The notes under the pieces are model-generated. The model was given only the letters and a program-made list of their open reading frames with translations. It was not told the DNA's origin and did no database searches. From Methanobacteriota archaeon (GTDB taxonomy: Archaea; Thermoplasmatota; SW-10-69-26; JACQPN01), in NCBI GenBank assembly GCA_016207515.1, contig JACQPN010000005.1, positions 12,810-76,809 on the forward strand: 64,000 nucleotides of DNA, given 5' to 3'. Made by a program: the position numbers and the translations under genes. Below are positions 57,636-64,000 of the stretch, in pieces; the stretch's first letter is position 1; every line of letters starts with the position of its first letter.

Positions 57636-59459
57636 GTGAACTCGATGGTCGATGAGAAGAAGGGAGGGAAGGACGTGGAGAAAGAGGCCACGGCGGGCGA
57701 TGTACATGACAGACTCATGGCGCTTCTCAAGCGGCGCGGCTTCATCCAACCCGCTTACGAACCGTACGGCGGGGTGGCCGGTTTCTATGACTACGGCCCG
57801 CTGGGAGCCGCGATCAGGAACAACATCGAATCCACGTGGCGCCGTTATTTTGTCCACGAGGAAGGATTCGCCGAGATAATCTCGCCGACCGTGGCGCCAG
57901 AGCAGGTTTTCCGGGCGAGCGGGCACCTGGCGGGGTTTGCGGATCCGCTCGTCGAGTGCCCGAACTGCCGGGAAGTATCGCGCGCCGACCACCTGCTTGA
58001 GGCGATCTCCGCGAAGTACAACGGGCTAGGCCTCGAAGAGGTGAAGGCGCAGTGGAGGCACGTTCGCGCGGAAGTCGCCTGCCCGACTTGTAAGAAGAAA
58101 GGTGATTGGCCTGACGTGCAGGCGTTCAACCTGATGTACGGTGTCAAGATCGGGGCCGGCGACTCAGCGCGGCAAGGCTATTTGCGCCCCGAGACCGCGC
58201 AATCCATGTTCATGACGTTCCCGTGGCTTCTCCGATACTTCCGGGACAAACTGCCCTTCGGCGCCGTGCAGATCGGGCGCGCCTACAGGAACGAGATAGC
58301 GCCGCGGCAAGGATTGTTGCGCCTACGCGAATTCTCGCAAGCCGAGGCCGAGATATTCTTCGACCCCGGCGAAAAGACGCACAAGCGGCTCGCCGCGGTG
58401 AGAAACGAGAAGGTCCGTCTTCGCCCCGCCAAGCGCCCCGGAAGGGCGCATAAGGAAGATGCCGAACTCCACGCGCTCGGCGAGGCCGTAACGCACAAGA
58501 TCATCGGCAACGAGAAGGGCGGCAACGAGGCTCTTGCCTACTACATCTGGTTCACGCAGAAGTTCCTCGTCGAGGTCGGGATTCCTCTCGAGCGGCTCCG
58601 GTTCCGCCAGCACGAGGCGGACGAGATGGCGCATTATGCGAGCGACTGTTGGGACGCCGAATTCCTCTCCGAACGCTTCGGGTGGGTGGAGATAGTCGGC
58701 ATCGCCGACCGTGGTACCTATGACCTGGACGCGCACGCGAAGGCGAGCGGCCACGCGAACGAACACGACCACAAGACACCCGCCTTCACCTCCGTTAGCT
58801 CCCCGTTCAAAGTCTTCAAGCAATTCGATTCGCCAAGGACCGCCACGGTCGACAGGGTGATCCCCCGCAAGGAAAAGCTCGGACCCGCCTTCAGGGCGAA
58901 GGCGGCGAAGGTGGCGGCCGCCATGGGCGACTACGACGCAAAACAGGCGGCCAAGGAGGGGCTGCTCCACCTCACGATCGACGGCGAGGAGCTGGAAGTG
59001 TCCTCCGACCTCTTCGAGGTCCGACCCGTCACTGAAACGGTGGCTGGCGAATACGTCGTGCCCCACGTGGTCGAGCCTTCGTTCGGCCTCGATCGGATAA
59101 CGTATGCCGTGCTCGAGTGCTCGTGGTCCGAGGGCGAGTGGCCCGTGTTGAGGCTGCCGGTCGTGACGGCGCCGGTGAAGGTCGGGGTCTTTCCTTTGAT
59201 GGACCGCGACGGGCTCGATGTCCTTGCGATGGAAGTCGATTCCCGTCTGCGCTCGGCCGGTATCGCGACGTACTACGACGACGCGGGCGCGATAGGCCGG
59301 CGCTACGCCCGCATGGACGAGATCGGCACGCCGTGGTGCGTGACCGTCGATTACGACTCGCTGGAGAAGAAGGACGTTACGGTGCGCGAGCGCGACACGA
59401 CAAAGCAGGAGCGCGTCGCCATCGCTTCACTGGTCGAGCGGTTTCGCAAAAAAGGCTAG
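57636..59459 (+). CDS. glyS: glycyl-tRNA synthetase, archaeal/eukaryotic alpha2 type
   Basis: GFYDYGPLG, FRNEIAPRQGLLRLREF, ECPNC...CPTCKKKG insertion and a C-terminal anticodon-binding domain. Confidence 0.9.
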   Translation: MNSMVDEKKGGKDVEKEATAGDVHDRLMALLKRRGFIQPAYEPYGGVAGFYDYGPLGAAIRNNIESTWRRYFVHEEGFAEIISPTVAPEQVFRASGHLAGFADPLVECPNCREVSRADHLLEAISAKYNGLGLEEVKAQWRHVRAEVACPTCKKKGDWPDVQAFNLMYGVKIGAGDSARQGYLRPETAQSMFMTFPWLLRYFRDKLPFGAVQIGRAYRNEIAPRQGLLRLREFSQAEAEIFFDPGEKTHKRLAAVRNEKVRLRPAKRPGRAHKEDAELHALGEAVTHKIIGNEKGGNEALAYYIWFTQKFLVEVGIPLERLRFRQHEADEMAHYASDCWDAEFLSERFGWVEIVGIADRGTYDLDAHAKASGHANEHDHKTPAFTSVSSPFKVFKQFDSPRTATVDRVIPRKEKLGPAFRAKAAKVAAAMGDYDAKQAAKEGLLHLTIDGEELEVSSDLFEVRPVTETVAGEYVVPHVVEPSFGLDRITYAVLECSWSEGEWPVLRLPVVTAPVKVGVFPLMDRDGLDVLAMEVDSRLRSAGIATYYDDAGAIGRRYARMDEIGTPWCVTVDYDSLEKKDVTVRERDTTKQERVAIASLVERFRKKG

Positions 59460-59828
59460 TGATTGTCTATTCCCTTGACGCCAGAAAGGACCTTTCACCC
59501 CAAGGAATAGACTATCAGTATTCGTTGGATCCTATGATTTTGGAACATATTTTGTAGGCGGCTTCACCTACTCCGGTTACAGGGAATCGAATATCTCCCC
59601 ACTGGGCCTCAACTGGGCGGTCAGAGGAGCAAGCGGGGCACCCGATCCGGAGGCAATCGGAGGGGCTGGCTCGAACGGACTTGCGTTTCTTGTTCAGCTC
59701 CAGCGCTTTGATAATTATTTTCTGTGAAGGATAAAATTCATTACCTACGACGTGAATCACCATCCCGGAGGCTGAAGGGCGCCACAAGTGCCCAGAGGCT
59801 TCGCTAAGAAAGTTGGAGGTGTAAAAAG

Positions 59829-60110
59829 ATGAACAAACTATTGGCAATATTGGCGCTCGGAGCACTCGTTGCCCCGATCGCGATGGCACACCCAGGCGAA
59901 GAGGATGCAGGCGCAGGCGGCTTCTACGTTGGAGCCGGCAGCGTCTGGCAGGAAGCGAACACCGAGAGCGGACTGCAGTCAGCGGTCGTTCTCTGTCACG
60001 ACTCGCACGTCGAAATCAACGACAACGGCACGCCCGACGACACGTCCGATGACTTCGAAGAGGTCATCTGCGACGCCGACATGCCGTCCGACGACAACCT
60101 GCTCGCGTAA
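59829..60110 (+). CDS. small secreted acidic protein, hypothetical
   Basis: Signal peptide MNKLLAILALGALVAPIAMA. Sits in a locally low-GC patch. Confidence 0.3.
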   Translation: MNKLLAILALGALVAPIAMAHPGEEDAGAGGFYVGAGSVWQEANTESGLQSAVVLCHDSHVEINDNGTPDDTSDDFEEVICDADMPSDDNLLA

Positions 60111-60179
60111 ACGAGCTACGAGACACGGGGCCCGGGGGAATTCCCCGGGCTCTCCCGATTTTTTGGGGTTTATTGCCTA

Positions 60180-61331
60180 CTATGACTGCCTCCGCCCGCG
60201 GGCCACGAGCGAAAGACCGATCACGGCGGCCAACGCCTGAAAAAGTCCAAGGTCCGGGATGACGGTGCCCGTCTGACCGGTCTCCTGTCGCCCCTTTTGC
60301 GTTTCCCCTGAGCTCGGAAGTTCATCGGGTTCGACCTTGAAGGTCTCCCCGCTTGCATCCCCCGAATCTACCGAGCCCGCCTCGACCGTTGTATCAAAGA
60401 CGTTCACGACCTTGCTCCTCCCGTCGGGGCCATCTCCACCCACTATGTAGGCGCGGCCTGCGACGAGCGCCGCTCCCGCGTCCCAACGCGCCGGCGCGAC
60501 CCGCGACGTCAGGTTGACAACACCGTCGGTCGTGATCCGGAAAACGACGGGCGTGCCCCTAGATTTTGCGTTGTCGATCGAACCGCCGAAAAGATGAACC
60601 ACGCCTCCGTCGCCGACCCCCGAGGAGGCGCGAAGAGTAGTAGGGAGCCTGAAGGGCGAAATCGAGACCGAACGAGTGACGGGATCGAAGAATATGACTT
60701 CGCGGCTCATACCGTGGTCGGTAAGACCACCCACGATGACCACGCGGGTTCCGTCGTAGACGGCCGCATGGTCGAGCCGCCCGGAAGGGAGCCTCGACCC
60801 GGTGTCCGCGATCGTCTTCGCAACAGGGTCGAACACCAGGATCGCGTCCCTATCGACGCCCGCTTTCAGATCGAACCCGCCGCTCACGTAGATGCGTTTC
60901 CCGTCGGATGCGGCCGCACAACCCCAGATGGCCCATGGGAGACGCGTGGTTATGAGCGCCGTCGCGATGCCGGTCGCCGGGTCGAACTCGACGATCTCAT
61001 CGGTAGGGACCGGGGCTCCAGCCACGAAATTCACGCCTCCGAAGACATAGGCCCGGGCCGCGACGTATGCCGCGCAACCTTCGTATCGGGGAGAGGGAAG
61101 ACTTGAGACCTTCGTGACGGTGAGCGCCGTCGGGCTCAACCGAAGGATATCGCCGCTTACGCTCGAATCCCCGCGTCCTCCAAAGACGTACACGCTCGCA
61201 CCGTCCGTGGCGACCATCGCGCCGGCCAAAGCGGCCGGCAGGGCCTCGCGTTGGTCGACCATGCGCTCCGCCGTGCTGACCTGGGCCATCAAGAGGAGTG
61301 CCAGGAGGACGGGGCATAGGCGCGTACTCAT
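60180..61331 (-). CDS. Kelch/galactose-oxidase-type beta-propeller surface protein with C-terminal TM anchor (PGF-CTERM-like)
   Basis: Repeated GG-containing Kelch blades (VFGGR, YVSGG, IVGG, LFGG). C-terminus PDLGLFQALAAVIGLSLVARGRRQS resembles the archaeosortase PGF-CTERM sorting signal. The likely start is the Met at 61331 (MSTRLCPVLLALLLMAQ). Confidence 0.55.
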   Translation of the reverse strand: MSTRLCPVLLALLLMAQVSTAERMVDQREALPAALAGAMVATDGASVYVFGGRGDSSVSGDILRLSPTALTVTKVSSLPSPRYEGCAAYVAARAYVFGGVNFVAGAPVPTDEIVEFDPATGIATALITTRLPWAIWGCAAASDGKRIYVSGGFDLKAGVDRDAILVFDPVAKTIADTGSRLPSGRLDHAAVYDGTRVVIVGGLTDHGMSREVIFFDPVTRSVSISPFRLPTTLRASSGVGDGGVVHLFGGSIDNAKSRGTPVVFRITTDGVVNLTSRVAPARWDAGAALVAGRAYIVGGDGPDGRSKVVNVFDTTVEAGSVDSGDASGETFKVEPDELPSSGETQKGRQETGQTGTVIPDLGLFQALAAVIGLSLVARGRRQS

Positions 61332-61384
61332 GCGGGGGCGAACGACGCGTGCCATCCTTAAGACTTCCCGGACGATCACGTCGC

Positions 61385-62722
61385 TCAGCGTGCGATGGTC
61401 TTCAGGCACTCGTCAAGTATGTCCAGGCCTTCATCGAGTTGTTCCCGGTCGATGATGAGCGGCGGGATCAGGCGCACCGAGGATTTCCCGCAGGGCAGAA
61501 CCAGGAGACCCCGCTTGTACGCCGCTTCGATCACGGCGGCGCGTTCCTTCACCGCGTGTTCCTTGGTCTTGCGATCCTTGACGAGGTCGATCGCCTGCAT
61601 GAGGCCAAGGCCCCGCGCGTCTCCGACGAGGTCGTGGCGCTCCTTGAACCCGGCCAGCCGTTTCGAGAGGTGCTTTCCGAGAGTCGCCGCGTTCTCGACG
61701 AGCTTCTCGTCCCTGATCACGTCGAGTGTGGCCATGGCTGCGGCGCACGAGACGGGGTTTCCGCCGAACGTGTTGCTGTGCGCTCCTGCGCGGTCGAAGT
61801 CAAGGTCGGAGCGCGCGATGCACGCTCCAAGCGGCATCCCTGAAGCGATGCCCTTGGCTATCGAGACGATATCCGGTTCGACGCCGAAATGCTCGGACGC
61901 GAACATCTTTCCCGTGCGTCCGATGCCGCTTTGGACCTCGTCTGCTACCAGAAGTATGCCGTTTTCGCGGCATAGCTCGTGGAGTCTGGGGAGGAACGTC
62001 TTCGGCGGGACGATGTATCCGCCTTCTCCTTGAACGGGTTCGACGAATAGGGCCGCGACTTCGTTCGCCGGGACCGCGTTTTCGAAGACGTAGTCCTGGA
62101 TGTACCGTAGCGTCGCGTCGACGAGCCGATCGGGTTCGGCGTAGCCGTCTATCCCCCACGGGTTACGGTAGGGGTTCGCGAAGGGCACGTGGGTGACGCC
62201 GGGCATCGTGGGGAAGAAGCGCTCCTTGTGCACGATCTTGCTGGCGGTGAGCGAGAGCGAGCCCGCGGTGCGGCCGTGGAACGCGCCGTAGAACGCAAGA
62301 ATCTGTTTCCTATGTGACTTGTGGCGCGCGATCTTGATCGCAGCCTCGTTCGACTCCGTTCCCGATTGCGTGTAGAATACTTTCTTGGCGACGAGACCTG
62401 GCGTGATCTCGGTGAGCCGTCTTGCGAGCTCAACTTGGACCGCGTAGTAATAATCGGTCCCGGCGAAGTGGATGAACTTGGCCGCCTGCTCCGCGATCGC
62501 CTTGACGACGCGGGGGTGAGCGTGGCCTGTGGAGTTCACGCCGACGCCGGCCGTGAAATCGAGGAAGACCTCGCCGTCGACGCCGTGCACGTGGACACCT
62601 TGTGCGTGAGAGACAGCTATCGGGGCGGTCTTGGTCGTCGTCACCAGGAAACGCTCGTCGTCGGCGATCAGCTTCTTGGCGTTCGGGCCGGGAGGGGGAG
62701 ATTTCACGGAAGTCTTGTCCAT
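61385..62722 (-). CDS. class III PLP-dependent aminotransferase (GabT/ArgD family)
   Basis: GTESNEAAIK, DEVQSGIGRTG and SIAKGIASG (Lys-PLP). Confidence 0.85.
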   Translation of the reverse strand: MDKTSVKSPPPGPNAKKLIADDERFLVTTTKTAPIAVSHAQGVHVHGVDGEVFLDFTAGVGVNSTGHAHPRVVKAIAEQAAKFIHFAGTDYYYAVQVELARRLTEITPGLVAKKVFYTQSGTESNEAAIKIARHKSHRKQILAFYGAFHGRTAGSLSLTASKIVHKERFFPTMPGVTHVPFANPYRNPWGIDGYAEPDRLVDATLRYIQDYVFENAVPANEVAALFVEPVQGEGGYIVPPKTFLPRLHELCRENGILLVADEVQSGIGRTGKMFASEHFGVEPDIVSIAKGIASGMPLGACIARSDLDFDRAGAHSNTFGGNPVSCAAAMATLDVIRDEKLVENAATLGKHLSKRLAGFKERHDLVGDARGLGLMQAIDLVKDRKTKEHAVKERAAVIEAAYKRGLLVLPCGKSSVRLIPPLIIDREQLDEGLDILDECLKTIAR

Positions 62723-63037
62723 CGGAACACTCGCCTACGAATTTCGTAATCAGGTCAGTTGTTCAAGAGTTAAAACGCTTGCGTTGCGGGCACGGACCCC
62801 AGAAAGCCCATGGCGCGCGGCGGAAGCCGCAGGGAAGCGTCGCCCACGCCGCGGGAACCGCATCTTCGTCGGGCGTTTCCGCTGCCGGACGGCCGATTCC
62901 TGCCGACAAGCCAAGGGCCAGAGTGGCGAACCGCAGGACGGGTCGGCGCCCGGCGGAACCGGTGGGACGCGACGCACATGATTCCCCGGGAAGCGGCTTC
63001 GGGTCGGGCCTCAGTCCTGCGATGGCCCCCACCGCCA

Positions 63038-64000
63038 TCATTCGTATACGCGTCTATTGAGACGGGGAATGAGCGCGCAGATGATCGCCGTCTCCGTAAG
63101 CCTCGTCCTGTCCAACGCGCCACTCGAGAGCCAACCCACCGCCCCCATCGAATTACCGATCCCGAAAACGCCTGTAAGGCGCGCCATCGCTTCCCCGATG
63201 CTTCGCCCCGCGGCGACGTCCTTCACGACCCTCGGCGGATACGCGAAGCCGGGCCCGTGGCCAAGAGTGAGCCCGCCGCGCTTTCCAACTATCGCGCAGA
63301 ACTGGACGTCAAGGTAATCCTTGATCAACGGATTCCAGAACAGGCCAGCCTCTATGCCTACGCCAAGGTCCGCCCCCGTCGAGTCCAAGGCCGCGCGGGC
63401 CCGGTTCACGGCGCCTTTCAACGTGTCCTGCGCGAACGGTTGCTCCGGCACTCCGCTTGAGACCCCGACGCCTTTCACGATTACGTTCGCGTGATAATGT
63501 GCGAAAGCGTTCTTCACCGCCGCCAGCTTCGCCGGGTTCTTCGTGCCGACGGCGACGCGCAGGCGCGAAAGCGACCGACCGTCCACGTCGATCTCGCCCG
63601 CGCCTATCCTCGTGCCGCTGATCGGGCGCCCGTCATGGGCCAACACGTGGGCGACGACCTCGACCTTGAGAGGCTTCAACCCTCGCTTTCGACGGGCCCG
63701 GTTTATCGAATCGGCGGTCTTCCTCGTTTCCGGCGACACTACGATGCACTCGAACCGCTTCTCAAGGGCCCGTCCCTCTGGCGCCACGATCCTTGAGACG
63801 ATGGCCCGTCCCGTCCACCCGCGGGCGCGTAGGACATCTTTCAAGGCCCTGAGCCGCGAACGGTACGTTGCGACCGGTCGCGCCCGCCGCGACGAAGCGA
63901 GTTCACCCGATGTGAGCCCTATGAAGACCTCGTCCCCAACCTCGAAGGCGCGTTCCAGGAGCGCCAAATGGCCCCGGTGAAGGGGATCGAACGTCCCGCC
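63038..64000 (-). CDS. fusion protein: archaeal phosphopantetheine adenylyltransferase (N-terminal, continues beyond window) + DUF84/YjjX-type inosine/xanthosine triphosphatase (C-terminal); 5' end truncated by window
   Basis: The window edge encodes ...GTFDPLHRGHLALLERAF (HxGH nucleotidyltransferase motif), then ECIVVSPETR...GLKPLKVEVV...DGRPISGTRIGAGEIDVDGR (archaeal PPAT), then VAVGTKNPAKLAAVKNAF...SSGVPEQPF (DUF84). Confidence 0.7.
   Translation of the reverse strand, partial: GGTFDPLHRGHLALLERAFEVGDEVFIGLTSGELASSRRARPVATYRSRLRALKDVLRARGWTGRAIVSRIVAPEGRALEKRFECIVVSPETRKTADSINRARRKRGLKPLKVEVVAHVLAHDGRPISGTRIGAGEIDVDGRSLSRLRVAVGTKNPAKLAAVKNAFAHYHANVIVKGVGVSSGVPEQPFAQDTLKGAVNRARAALDSTGADLGVGIEAGLFWNPLIKDYLDVQFCAIVGKRGGLTLGHGPGFAYPPRVVKDVAAGRSIGEAMARLTGVFGIGNSMGAVGWLSSGALDRTRLTETAIICALIPRLNRRVYE

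Noticed and set aside
61395-63460. Antisense and alternative-frame ORFs within the class III aminotransferase and PPAT-DUF84 genes (61395-62033, 61726-62196, 62810-63460 and others)
   Set aside because: Nested in strongly supported genes, with Arg/Pro/Gly-rich low-complexity translations.

Overview
This 64 kb window is high-GC (about 65-66%) and archaeal. The evidence is TFB, the conserved rpoE'-spt4-DUF359-rps24e-rps27ae operon, Gar1, an Sm-like protein, an archaeal-type ThrRS with its N-terminal editing domain, an eukaryote/archaeal-type GlyRS, and TATA-box promoters with leaderless starts. An HU/HTa-type chromatin protein points to a Thermoplasmatota-like lineage; that placement is inference. 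Most of the window is housekeeping: two membrane pyrophosphatase paralogs, CoA, Moco, Fe-S, polyamine and methionine metabolism, aminoacyl-tRNA synthetases, and many secreted lipoproteins. The clear accessory region is a roughly 7.3 kb island (7084-14367) abutting a tRNA-Arg(CCG) gene. Three copies of a 34-nt repeat, whose first 16 nt equal the tRNA 3' end, split the island into cassettes. Those cassettes carry two paralogous AbiEi/AbiEii-like pairs, a wHTH regulator, a Cas4/RecB-like Fe-S nuclease and a DUF2075-type PD-(D/E)XK nuclease/P-loop helicase-like protein. No integrase is visible in the island. Other points of interest are a duplicated tRNA 5' segment plus promoter beside the tRNA, a ChlI/MoxR-like AAA+ ATPase paired with a membrane-anchored vWA protein, a strongly divergent mPPase paralog, a VapBC pair abutting a MazEF remnant, and a PPAT-ITPase (DUF84) fusion at the window edge. 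The ORF track uses GTG and TTG starts as well as ATG, and several track starts were re-assigned from TATA position or known N-termini. All homology calls come from motif recognition by eye; no database search was run.
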